From the NCBI RefSeq assembly GCF_022045235.1, contig NW_027266280.1, positions 5,890,001 to 5,954,000 on the forward strand: 64,000 nucleotides of DNA. The letters run 5' to 3'. Positions 24,192 through 36,802 of this stretch are shown here, piece by piece. The notes under the pieces are model-generated. The model had not been told where the DNA came from. It worked only from the letters and a program-made list of their open reading frames with translations, and did no database searches. Both the position numbers and the translations under genes were made by a program. Numbering within the stretch: position 1 is the first letter of the stretch; each line of letters begins with the position of its first letter. This DNA comes from Haliotis cracherodii (lineage: Eukaryota).

Positions 24192-27100
24192 CTGAATTTG
24201 TTGTCAAAGTTGGGCTCATCGATGTTTCAATGCCTGTGCCAGTGCTCCAGCCTGTTCCTGTGCCAGTGTTCGAGCCTGTGCTTGTGCCAGTGTTCGAGGC
24301 TGTGCTTGTGCCAGTGTTCCAGCCCGTGCTTCTGCCAGTGGTCGAGCCTGTGCTTGAGCTAGTGGTCGAGCCTGTGCTTGTGCCAGTGTTCGAGCCTGTG
24401 CTTGTGCCAGTGTTCCAGCCTCTGCTTGAGCTAGTGCTCGAGCCTGTGCTTGTACCAGTGTTCGAGCCTGTGCTTGTGCCAGTGTTTGATCCTGTGCTTG
24501 TGCCAGTGTTTGATCCTGTGCTTGTGCCAGTGTTCGAGTCTGTGCTTGTGCCATTGTTTGATCCTGTGCTTGTACCAGTGCTCGAGTCTGTGCTTGTGCC
24601 ATAGTTTGATCCTGTGCTTGTGCCAGTGTTCGAGTCTGTGCTTGTGCCAGTGTTTGATCCTGTGCTTGTACCAGTGCTCGAGTCTGTGCTTGTGCCATTG
24701 TTTGATCCTGTGCTTGCGCCAGTGTTCGAGCCTGTGCTTGTGCCAGTGTTTGATCCCGTGCTTGTGCCAGTGTTCCAGCCTGTGCTTGTGCCAGTGTTCG
24801 AGCCTGTGCTTGTGCCAATGTTTGATTCTCTGCTTGTGCCAGTGTTTGAGTCTGTGCTTGTACCAGTGTTCCAGCTCGTGCTTGTGCCAATGTTTGATTC
24901 TCTGCTTGTGCCAGTGTTTGATTCTGTGCTTGTGCCAGTGTTTGATTCTGTGCTTGTGCCAGTGTTCGAGCTTGTGCTTGTGCCAGTGTTCCAGCTTGTG
25001 CTTGTGCCAGTGGTCGAGCCTGTGCTTGTGCTAGTGTTCGAGCCTGTGCTTGTGCCAGTGTTTGATTCTGTGCTTGTGCCATTGTTTGATTCTGTGCGTG
25101 TGCCAGTGTTCGAGCTTGTGCTTGTGCCAGTGTTTGATTCTGTGCTTGTGCCAGTGTTCCAGCTTGTGCTTGTGCCAGTGTTCCAGCCTGTGCTTGTGCC
25201 AGTGTTCCAGCCTGTGCTTGTGCTAGTGTTCGAGCCTGTGCTTGTGCCAGTGTTTGATTCTGTGCTTGTGCCAGTGTTCCAGCCTCTGCTTGAGCTAATG
25301 CTTGAGTCTTTGCTTGTACCAGTGTTCGAGCCTGTGCTTGTGCCAGTGTTTGATCCTGTGCTTGTGCCAGTGTTCGAGTCTGTGCTTGTGCCAGTGTTTG
25401 ATCCTGTGCTTGTGCCAGTGTTCGAGCCTGTGCTTGTGCCAGTGTTCGAGCCTGTGCTTGTGCCAATGTTTGATTCTGTGCTTGTGCCAGTGTTTGAGTC
25501 TGTGCTTGTACCAGTGCTCCAGCTCGTGCTTGTGCCAATGTTTGATTCTCTGCTTGTGCCAGTGTTTGATTCTGTGCTTGTGCCAGTGTTTGATTCTGTG
25601 CTTGTGCCAGCGTTTGATTCTGTGCTTGTGCCAGTGTTTGATTCTGTGCTTGTGCCAGTGTTCGAGCTTGTGCTTGTGCCAGTGTTCCGGCTTGTGCTTG
25701 TGCCAGTGGTCAAAGCTGTGCTTGTGCTAGTGTTCGAGCCTGTGCTTGTGCCAGTATTTGATTCTGTGCTTGTGCCATTGTTTGATTCTGTGCTTGTGCC
25801 AGTGTTCGAGCTTGTGCTTGTGCCAGTGTTTGATTCTGTGCTTGCGCCAGTGTTCCAGCCTGTGCTTGTGCCAGTGTTTGATCCTGTGCTTGTGCCAGTG
25901 TTCGAGTCTGTGCTTGTGCCAGTGTTTGATCCTGTGCTTGTGCCAGTGTTCGAGCCTGTGCTTGTGCCAGTGTTCGAGCTTGTGCTTGTGCCAGTGTTTG
26001 ATTCTGTGCTTGTCCCAGTGTTCCAGCTTGTGCTTGTGCCAGTGTTCCAGCTTGTGCTTGTGCCAGTGGTCGAGCCTGTGCTTGTGCTAGTGTTCGAGCC
26101 TGTGCTTGTGCCAGTGTTTGATTCTGTGCTTGTGCCATTGTTTGATTCTGTGCTTGTGCCAGTGTTCGAGCTTGTGCTTGTGCCAGTGTTTGATTGTGTG
26201 CTTGCGCCAGTGTTTGATTCTGTGCTTGTGCCAGTGTTCCAGCTTGTGCTTGTGCCAGTGTTCCAGCTTGTGCTTGTGCCAGTGGTCGAGCCTGTGCTTG
26301 TGCTAGTCTTCGAGCCTGTGCTTGTGCCAGTGTTTGATTCTGTGCTTGTGCCAGTGTTCCAGCCTCTGCTTGAGCTAATGCTCGAGTCTGTGCTTGTACC
26401 AGTGTTCGAGCCTGTGCTTGTGCCAGTGTTTGATCTTGTGCTTGTGCCAGTGTTTGATCCTGTGCTTGTGCCAGTGTTCGAGTCTGTGCTTGTGCCAGTG
26501 TTTGATCCTGTGCTTGTACCAGTGCTCGAGTCTGTGCTTGTGCCATTGTTTGATCCTGTGCTTGTGCCAGTGTTCGAGTCTGTGCTTGTGCCAGTGTTTG
26601 ATCCTCTGCTTGTGCCAGTGTTCGAGCCTGTGCTTGTGCCATTGTTTGATCCCGTGCTTGTGCCAGTGTTCGAGCCTGTGCTTGTGCCAGTGTTCGAGCC
26701 TGTGCTTGTGCCAATGTTTGATTCTGTGCTTGTGCCATTGTTTGAGTCTGTGCTTGTACCAGTGCTCCAGCTCGTGCTTGTGCCAATGTTTGATTCTCTG
26801 CTTGTGCCAGTGTTTGATTCTGTGCTTGTGCCAGTGTTTGATTCTGTGCTTGTGCCAGCGTTTGATTCTGTGCTTGTGCCAGTGTTTGATTCTGTGCTTG
26901 TGCCAGTGTTCGAGCTTGTGCTTGTGCCAGTGTTCCAGCTTGTGCTTGTGCCAGTGGTCAAACCTGTGCTTGTGCTAGTGTTCGAGCCTGTGCTTGTGCC
27001 AGTATTTGATTCTGTACTTGTGCCATTGTTTGATTCTGTGCTTGTGCCAGTGTTCGAGCTTGTGCTTGTGCCAGTGTTTGATTCTGTGCTTGTGCCAGTG

Positions 27101-28376
27101 TTTGAGCCTGTGCTTGTGCCAGTGTTCAAGCCTGTGCTTGACCCAGTGGTGTAGCCTGTGCTTGTGCCAGTGTTCGAGCCTGTGCTTGTTCCAGTGTTCC
27201 AGCCTGTGCTTGTGCCAGTGGTCGAGCCTTTGCTTGTGCTAGTGTTCGAGCCTGTGCTTGTGCCAGTGTTTGATTCTGTGCTTGTGCCAGTGTTCGAGCT
27301 TGTGCTTGTGCCAGTGTTTGATTCTGTGCTTGCGCCAGTGTTTGATGCCGTGCTTGTGCCAGTGTTCAAGCTTGTGCTTGTGCCAGTGTTCGAGCCTGTG
27401 CTTGTTCCAGTGTTCGAGCCTGTGCTTGTGCCAGTGTTTGATTCTGTGCTTGTGCCAGTGTTTGATTCAGTGCTTGTGCCAGTGTTCGAGCTTGTGCTTG
27501 TGCCAGTGTTTGAGCCTGTGCTTGTGCCAGTGTTTGATTCTGTGCTTGTGCCAGTGTTTGATTCTGTGCTTGTGCCAGTGTTCGAGCCTGTGCTTGTGCC
27601 AGTGTTCCAGCTTGTGCTTGTGCCAGTGGTCGAGCCTGTGCTTGTGCTAGTGTTCGAGACTGTGCTTGTGCCAGTGTTTGATTTTATGCTTGTGCCATTG
27701 TTTGATTCTGTGCTTGTGCCAGTTTTCGAGCTTGTGCTTTTGCCAGTGTTTAAGCCTGTGCTTGTGCCAGTGTTTGATTCTGTGCTTGTGCCCATGTTTG
27801 ATTCTGTGCTTGTGCCAGTGTTCGAGCCTGTGCTTGTGCCAGTGTTTGAGCCTGTGCTTGTGCCATTGTTTGATTCTGTGCTTGTGCCAGTGTTCCAGCC
27901 TGTGCTTGTGCCAGTGTTTGATTCAGTGCTTGTGCCAGTGTTCGAGCTTGTGCTTGTGCCAGTGTTTGATTCTGTGCTTCTGCCCGTGTTTGATTCTGTG
28001 CTTGTGCCAGTGTTCCAGCCTGTGCTTGTGCCAGTGTTCGAGCTTGTGCTTGTGCCAGTGTTCCAGCTTGTGCTTGTGCCAGTGTTCCAGTCTGTGCTTG
28101 TGCCAGTGTTCCAGCCTGTGCTTGTGCCAGTGGTCGAGCCTGTGCTTGTGTCAGTGTTAGAGCCTGTGCTTGTGCCAGTGTTTGAGCCTGTGCTTGTGCC
28201 AGTGATCCAGCCTGTGCTTGTGCCAGTTTTCGAGCCTGTGCTTGTGCGAGTGTTTGGTCCTGTGCTTGTGCCAGTGTTCCAGCCTGTGCTTGCACCAGTG
28301 CTCGAACCCGTGCTTGTGCCAGTGTTCGAGCCTGTGCTTGTGCCAGTTTTTGATCCTGTTCCTGTGGTCAACGCTA
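24192..28376 (-). CDS. Gene A Thr/Gly/Ser repeat exon, long copy (1395 aa, about 172 octapeptides NTGTST[G/E/S/D][S/W])
   Basis: GCAG acceptor and GTACAT donor, 4185 nt, phase 1-1. This frame has no stop, whereas the other frames are interrupted. Confidence 0.78.
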
Positions 28377-31300
28377 CTGCCGATAACAAAATATTAGTCG
28401 GATTTTTAATCCCAAAGTAAGGATTCAAATTCTTAAGTGTGCATTTGTTACATTATCTCATGACACTAGTTAATTATTTGGAGTGTGTATAATTCATTTT
28501 GATTACTCCATTCATTCTCGTAAGAGTGGTCATTTTGGTGTTACAGCTACTGTGACATGCATTACAGAAGCAACGCACAACTTGTTGATTTGAAAATGTT
28601 CCAACTAATGGTAATTCAAGCTTATAGTTGTTCGAGTTTTATGAAACATCTTTCCAGGTCAGTTGCGTTCGATGCACTATGGTTAGTATGCAAATTATCA
28701 GAGTGAAATGGGGGACACGGGTGGCCCAGTCGTCTAAGGCGCTGCAATTCACTGTGCAGAGTTGCGTTCCTTGTGCACGCCAAAAACCTATGATTGTGGG
28801 TTCGCATCCCGCATCCGATTATGTTTCTAGGTTTGTCAGCACCATACCCGTGCTCGTGGGTTTCACCGAAGTGGTTAACATCAGAGACCTGCATCACTTC
28901 GGGCTTTCCTCCCACATTTAGCTGACACGCCGTGATATAACTGGAATAATGTCAAAAACGGCGTTAAACACAACTCACTCACTCAGAGTAAAATGTACGA
29001 ATAGTGGTTTAAAACATTAATACTCATGATCAATTTGCACAACAGGAGCCCTAACTCATGCTCCTGGCCCAAATTCATTAAACAAACATGTGAAAATTGA
29101 GAGACAAAAGGATAACAATTAGAAGCTTTAACCGTTTCCGCATAATATCGTTATTATCTTGAATGAGTTAGTAATTGCAAAATAATGGACATACGTCAGT
29201 TTAAAGACAAGCAAGAGAAAATCCGACCACCCATGCATCCAGTTCAGTCCATCAAAAGAAACAATAAACAATTGAAGCAAGTTATTCAAAGCATATGTTG
29301 TGTGCCTGCAAATTCGCCTCTTTCAAGTGTGTCAATCAAGCCGTTAATGGTTACACTGTTTACACCGACTTTCAGTTTGACACATGCCACTATATGGCCT
29401 TGACTAAGACTGGAAATGGGCTAAAGACCATGGATCATATGTGATACCGATAACTGATACAGAAATAATGTTCAAACCGCAAGCTTTCTATAGTTTCATG
29501 AATTTCATTTTTATTCGTAGAGTAGATCTGCTTCATTATGAAATCACAGAAAGGTAACGCCATGATTACAAGAAGGGGTCGTTTATAATATCACTGAAGG
29601 AAGACACGAACTTGCATTGGATTGTATTGGCATTAAATTTGATAAAAGCTTTCTTCCCTGAAGAAAGATTATTTTAATATTCAGCTCACGCTCAATAGTG
29701 TTAATGGAAGTTGTTAGAAATGAAAATGTAAAATATGAACAAGGATGAAAAAGTAAGATGTTTACCCAAACCATCTAAAATAGAAAAACAACAATATTAT
29801 ATGATATATATAATATAAGGGGTCCTCATCTCCCACATAATCACTGTATAATGTTATACAATTGATCTTTTTTGCACGGAGATGCAGCATTTGTACACTG
29901 ATATTGATGTTATGAAAGTACATTCAAATTGAAACAAGCCTATAATATTTTCCCGAATTCCATTTCTATTCATACGCATTGTGACATCAAAATTAGGTAA
30001 TTACAATGCGGCTGCATTTAGATTATCACCTAGGTAAGATCCCATGAAGATCCGCGTAAAGTTTGGTCTTCGGGAACTTATCTTAAGAGGTGCTATGCTT
30101 GGCGCAAGAGGTGACTATCGGGGTCGGGTGGTCAGGTTCGTTGACTTAGTCAATGCATGTCATCGTATCCCACTTGCGTAGATAAATGCACTGGATTGTC
30201 TGGTCCAGACTCGATTATTTACAGACCGCCGTCATACTACTAGATTATTTCTAGGTAACACATGAACCTGCATTGAATTAACTGTAATAAAGGATTTCTT
30301 TCTTGAAGATAAATTCTTTTTATCTTCATTTTACTCACAAATGTTAATGGACAAGGGGGAAATGCACACATTATTGCACATGATTGGCGCATGCATGTGA
30401 CTGGCTTATATATGATGGACGAGGGGGAAATGCACGCAGTTTTGCATGAGAAACGTTAAACGAATCGATACGATTGCGTTGTGCTCAAACTGAGTGATGT
30501 AAACAGTGAGCAGTGTTTTTGTAATGCTTTCCTTAACCTATGTTTACATTTCTTTTTACAATTTATTATTTTGTGCATTTCACAAACAAATAACTTTTCT
30601 TTCCTTTATTAAGTATATGCTCTGATTCATTCAATAACGGTCAAATAGCCAAGTCCCCTCCACTGATTAACCCACCTGAACCAGACATAAAAGAGTCCGC
30701 CTCATCTGTTTCATGTTCCGATCAATGCATAAAGATTTAGATAGACAAAACCACTCTCTACAAATCTGAATGAGAAGAGGGATGACTTCAACCTTCAAAT
30801 AGTCAACTTTCCAATGTCGAGCAATATTAGAGCAGGTACAGCGTTGAGTATCTCCATTTTAGACATTTTCAGGTATATTCGAGCATGATCTTTCTACGAA
30901 TATTTCAAATAGCGTCATGCGACATGAGTGGGTGAGTGAGTATGGCTTTACGCCGCTTTTAGCAATATTCCGGCAATATCACGGCGTGACGAGCGAACGC
31001 TTTAACCACTAGGCTACCCGACCGCCCCAATGCCACATGAAGTTGAATGATAGACATGTGGAAGACATGTCCAATGTTGACGCATAGGTGGCTAAAGTTA
31101 TATCTGATGCTATTCCCTATTCTGACTTGTACCATATGTTACTGTGTTTTTCAGGTGAACGATTGACTTATCTTTGCATGTGTTTCTGACGAGTGCCATC
31201 AGTGGTGCAGGATACGCTCACATCTTCGCGAACACATGGTATCATCACTATTTGATTAGTGATTCATAGGCATATTCTTATGATATAATCGGAGTTGTAC

Positions 31301-31841
31301 AAAGGACTCTTCATTCAGTAGATATTTCTTATGATTATGCAAATGTTTAGTCGTATTTACTATGATAATTAACAGAGTTTTATCGTATTATATTGAGATA
31401 CAAGTTTTCAAGTTTTGCTGCTATGCACATTGAAGAATTACAATAAATAGAGTTTCACAAGCACCTACGTATGTTTGGCACATTCACAATGAGCGAAGGT
31501 AGTTCTGTATCCAGAAGTATTAGGCATAAAAACAGATGTGCATACTTGAGTGTTTGTTTCAATTATACTACAATTATTAGGCTGTACTCCTATGCCATAA
31601 ATGCAGCACTATCAAAAGGCGATGCACAGACAATATGAGATGTGTAAATCGATAAATCATTACTGCTCCAGCAGATTGTGTTCACATTATGAAAATCCTG
31701 GCCAGAAAAGTGCTAGTATGTCAGTGTTTATAATAAGTAACTGTTCATCCTATGTGCACAGCTCTAGCAATAACGGAAAACAGTCACACAACCCATTATT
31801 CGTAAACGTGGGCCTTACAATGAATAATAATGCATATGTAC

Positions 31842-32978
31842 CTGAAGTTGTGGTCCAAGTTGGGCTCATCGATGTTTCAATGCCTGTGCCAGTGCTCCAG
31901 CCTGTTCCTGTGCCAGAGTTCGAGCCTGTGCCTGTGCCAGTGTTCGAGCCTGTGCTTGTGTCAGTGTTTGATCCTGTGCTTGTGCCAGTGTTCAAGCCTG
32001 TGCTTGTACCAGTGCTCCAGCCCGTGCTTGTGCCAGTGTTCGAGCCTGTGCTTGTGCCAGTGTTCCAGCCTGGGTTTGAGCCAGTGTTCGAGCCTGTGCT
32101 TGTGCCAGTGTTCGAGCCTGTGCTTGTGCCAGTGTTCCAGCCTGTGCTTGAGCCAGTGGTCGAGCCTGTGCTTGTGCCAGTGTTTGAGCCTGTGCTTGAG
32201 CCAGTGTTCGAGCCTGTGCTTGTCCCAGTGTTCGAGCCTGTGCTTGTGCCAGTGTTTGATCCTGTGCTTGTGCCAGTGATCCAGCCTGTGCTTGTGCCAG
32301 TTTTCGAGCCTGTGCTTGTGCGAGTGTTTGGTCCTGTGCTTGTGCCAGTGTTAGAGCCTGTGCTTGCACCAGTGCTCGAGCCCGTGCTTGTGCCAGTGTT
32401 CGAGCCTGTGCTTGTGCCAGTGTTTGATCCTGTGCTTGTGCCAGTGATCCAGCCTGTGCTTGTGCCAGTTTTCGAGCCTGTGCTTGTGCGAGTGTTTGAT
32501 CCTGTGCTTGTGCCAGTGATCCAGCCTGTGCTTGTGCCAGTTTTCGAGCCTGTGCTTGTGCGAGTGTTTGGTCCTGTGCTTGTGCCAGTGTTCGAGCCTG
32601 TGCTTGTACCAGTGCTCGAGCCTGTGCTTGTACCAGTGCTCGAGCCTGTTCTTGTGCCAGTGTTCCAGCCTGTGCTTGATCCAGTGTTCGAGCCTGTGCC
32701 AGTGCCAGTGTTCCAGCCTGTGCTTGTGTCAGTGTTCCAGCCTGTGCTTGTGTCAGTGTTCCAGCCTGTGCTTGAGCCAGTGTTCGAGCCTGTGCTTGTA
32801 CCAGTGTTTGATCCTGTGCTTGATCCAGTGTTCGAGCCTGTGCTTGTGCCAGTGTTCCAGCCTGTGCTTGTGTCAGTGTTCCAGCCTGTGCTTGTGCCAG
32901 TGTTCCAGCCTGTGCTTGTACCAGTGCTCGAGCCTGTGCTTGTGCCAGTTTTTGATCCTGTTCCTGTGGTCAACTCTA
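31842..32978 (-). CDS. Gene A Thr/Gly/Ser repeat exon, medium copy (379 aa, about 45 octapeptides)
   Basis: Same splice sites as the other copies, 1137 nt, phase 1-1, no stops. Confidence 0.75.
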
Positions 32979-34948
32979 CTGCAAATAACAAAATATTAGT
33001 CGGATTTTTAATCCCAAAGTAAGGATTCAAATTCTTAAGTGTGCATTTGTTACATTATCTCATGACACTAGTTAATTATTTGGAGTGTGTATAATTCATT
33101 TTGATTACTCCATTCATTCTCGTAAGAGTGGTCATTTTGGTGTTACAGCTACTGTGACATGCATTACAGCAACAACGTACAACTTGTTGATTTGAAAATG
33201 TTCCAACTAATGGTAATTCAAGCTTATAGTTGTTCGAGTCTTATGAAACATCTTTCCAGGTCAGTTGCGTTCGATGCACTATGGTTAGTATGCAAATTAT
33301 CAGAGTGAAATGGGGGCACGGGTGGCCCAGTCGTCTAAGGCGCTGCAATGCACTGTGCAGAGTTGCGTTCCTTGTGCACGCCAAAAACCTATGATTGTGG
33401 GTTCGCATCCCGCATCCGATTATGTTTCTAGGTTTGTCAGCACCATACCCGTGCTCGTGGGTTTCACCGAAGTGGTTAACATCAGAGACCTGCATCACTT
33501 CGGGCTTTCCTCCCACAATTAGCTGACACGCCGTGACATAACTGGAATAATGTCAAAAACGGCGTTAAACACAACTCACTCACTCAGAGTAAAATGTACG
33601 AATAGTGGTTTAAAACATTAATACTCATGATCAATTTGCACAACAGGAGCCCTAACTCATGCTCCTGACCCAAACTCATTAAACAAACATGTGAAAATTG
33701 AGAGACAAAAGGATAACAATTAGAAGCTTTAACCGTTTCCGCATAATATCGTTATTATCTTGAATGAGTTAGTAATTGCAAAGTATTGGACATACCTCAC
33801 TTTTAAGACAAGCAAGAGAAAATCTGACCACCCATGCATCCAGTTCAGTCCATCAAAAGAAACAATAAACAATTGAAGCAAGTTATTCTAAGCATACGTT
33901 GTGTGCCTGCAAATTCGCCTCTTTCAAGTGTGTCAATCAAGCCGTTAATGGTTACACTGTTTACACCGACTTTCAGTTTGACACATGCCACTATATGGCC
34001 TTGACTAAGACTGGAAATGGGCTAAAGACCATGGATCATATGTGATACCGATAACTGATACAGAAATAATGTTAAAACCGCAAGCTTTCTATCGTTTCAT
34101 GAATTTCATTTTTATTCGTAGAGTAGATCCGCGTCATTATGACATCACAGAAAGGTAACGCCATGATTACAAGAAGGGGTCGTTTATAATATCACCGAAG
34201 GAAGAGTACGAACTTGCATTGGATTATATTGGCATTACATTTGATAAAAGCTTTCTTCCCTGAAGATAGATTATTTTAATATTCAGCTCACGCTCAATAG
34301 TGTTAATGGAAGTTGTTAGAAATGAAAATGTAAAATATGAACAAGGATGAAATAGTAAGATGTTTACCCAAACCATCTAAAATAGAAAAACAACAATGTT
34401 ATATGATATATATAATATAAGGAGTCCTCATCTCCCACATAATCACTGTATAATGTTATACAATTGATCTTTTTTGCACGGAGATGCAGCATTTGTACAC
34501 TGATATTGATGTTATGAAAGTACATTCAAATTGAAACAAGCCTATAATATTTTCCCGAATTCCATTTCTATTCATACGCATTGTGACATCAAAATTAGGT
34601 AATTACAATGCGGCTGCATTTAGATTATCACCTAGGTAAGATCCCATGAAGATCCGCGTAAAGTTTGGTCTTCGGGAACTTATCTTAAGAGGTGCTATGC
34701 TTGGCGCAAGAGGTGACTATCGGGGTCGGGTGGTCAGGTTCGTTGACTTAGTCAATGCATGTCATCGTATCCCACTTGCGTAGATAAATGCACTGGATTG
34801 TCTGGTCCAGACTCGATTATTTACAGACCGCCGTCATACTACTAGATTATTTCTAGGTAACACATGAACCTGCATTGAATTAACTGTAATAAAGGATTTC
34901 TTTCTTGAAGATAAATTCTTTTTATCTTCATTTTACTCACAAATGTTA

Positions 34949-35120
34949 ATGGACAAGGGGGAAATGCACACATTATTGCACATGATTGGCGCATGCATGT
35001 GACTGGCTTATATATGATGGACGAGGGGGAAAAGCACGCATTTTTGCATGTGATTGGCGCATGCATATGACTGGCTTATATATGATGGACAAGGGGGAAA
35101 TGCACGCAGTTTTGCATGAG
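34949..35120. repeat. 68-bp minisatellite at the triplication junction (also at 30347, 21573 and 22757)
   Basis: ATGGACAAGGGGGAAATGCAC... recurs at 34949, 35017 and 35085. Confidence 0.9.
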
Positions 35121-36529
35121 AAACGTTAAACGAATCGATACGACTTCGTTGTGCTCAAACTGAGCGATGTAAACAGTGAGCAGTGTTTTTGTAATGCTTT
35201 CCTTAACCTATGTTTACATTTCTTTTCACAATTTATTATTTTGTGCATTTCACAAACAAATAACTTTTCTTTCCTTTATTAAGTATATGCTCTGATTCAT
35301 TCAATAACGGTCAAATAGCCAAGTCCCCTCCACTGATTAACCCACCTGAACCAGACATAAAAGAGTCCGCCTCATCTGTTTCATGTTCCGATCAATGCAT
35401 AAAGATTTAGATAGACAAAACCACTCTCTACAAATCTGAATGAGAAGAGGGATGACTTCAACCTTCAAATAGTCAACTTTCCAATGTCGAGCAATATTAG
35501 AGCAGGTACAGCGTTTAGTATCTCCATTTCAGAAATGTTGAGGTATATTCGAGCATGACCTTTCTACGAATATTTCAAATAGCGTCATGTGACATGAGTA
35601 AGTGAGTGAGTGAGTGAGTGAGTATGGCTTTACGCTGCATTTAGCAATATTCCGGCAATATCCCGGCGTGACGAGCGAACGCTTTAACCACTAGGCTACC
35701 CGACCGCCCCAATGCCACATGAAGTTGAATGATAGACATGTGGAGGACATTTCCAACGTTGACGCATAGGTGACTAAAGTTATGTCTGATGCTATTCCCT
35801 ATTCTGACTTGTACCATATGTTACTGTGTTTTTCAGGTGAACGATTGACTTATCTTTGCATGTGTTTCTGACGGGTGCCATTTGTGGTGCATTTTCGCGA
35901 ACACATGGTATCATCACTATTTGATTAATGATTCATGGGCATATTCTTATGATATAATCAGAGTTGTTGAAAGGACTCTTCATTCAGTAGATATTTCTTA
36001 TGATTATGGAAATGTTTAGTCGTATTTACTATGATAATTAACAGGGTTTTATCGTATTATATTGAGATACAAGTTTTCAAGAGGTTTGTATGAAGAATTG
36101 CTTTGCAGCTACGCACATTGAAGAATGACTATAAATAGTGTTTCACAAGCACCTACGTATGTTTCGCACATTCACAATGAGCGAAGGCAGTTCTGTATCC
36201 AGAAGTATTCGGCATAAAAACAGATGTGCATACTTGAGTGTTTGTTTCAATTATACTACAAATATTAGGCTGTACTCCTTTGCCATAAGTGCAGCACTAT
36301 CATAAGGCGATGCACAGACAATATGAGATGTGTAAATCGATAAATCATTACTGCTCCAGCAGATTGTGTTCACTTTATGAAAATCCTGGCCAGAAAAGTG
36401 CTAGTATGTCAGTGTTTATAATAAGTAACTGTTCATCCTATGTGCACAGCTCTAGCAATAACGGAAAACAGTCACACAATCCATTATTCGTAAACGTGGG
36501 CCTTACAATGAATAATAATGCATATGTAC

Positions 36530-36802
36530 CTGAAGTTGTGGTCCAAGTTGGGCTCATCGATGTTTCAATGCCTGTGCCAGTGCTCCAGCCTGTACTTGTG
36601 CCTGTGTTCGAGCCTGTGCTTGTGCCAGTGTTTAATCCTTTTCCTGTGCCAGTTCTCGAGCCTGTTCCTGTGCCAGTGCTCGAGCCTGTGCTTGTGTCAG
36701 TGTTCCAGCCTGTTCTTGTGCCAGTGCTCGAGACTGTTCCTGTGCCAGTGGTCGAGCCTGTGCTTGTGCCAGTGTTTGACCCTGTGCCTGTGGTCAACGC
36801 TA
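36530..36802 (-). CDS. Gene A Thr/Gly/Ser repeat exon, short copy (91 aa, about 9 octapeptides)
   Basis: TTATTTGCAG acceptor, CAG|GTACAT donor, 273 nt, phase 1-1, open frame. Confidence 0.75.

Noticed and set aside
24216-33022. Cys-rich (CLCQCSSL)n, (VLVPVFEP)n and (AQAQARTL)n ORFs
   Set aside because: These are alternative frames of the 24-bp repeat. In the long array they are broken by stops, and only the Thr/Gly/Ser frame matches the splice sites and phase.
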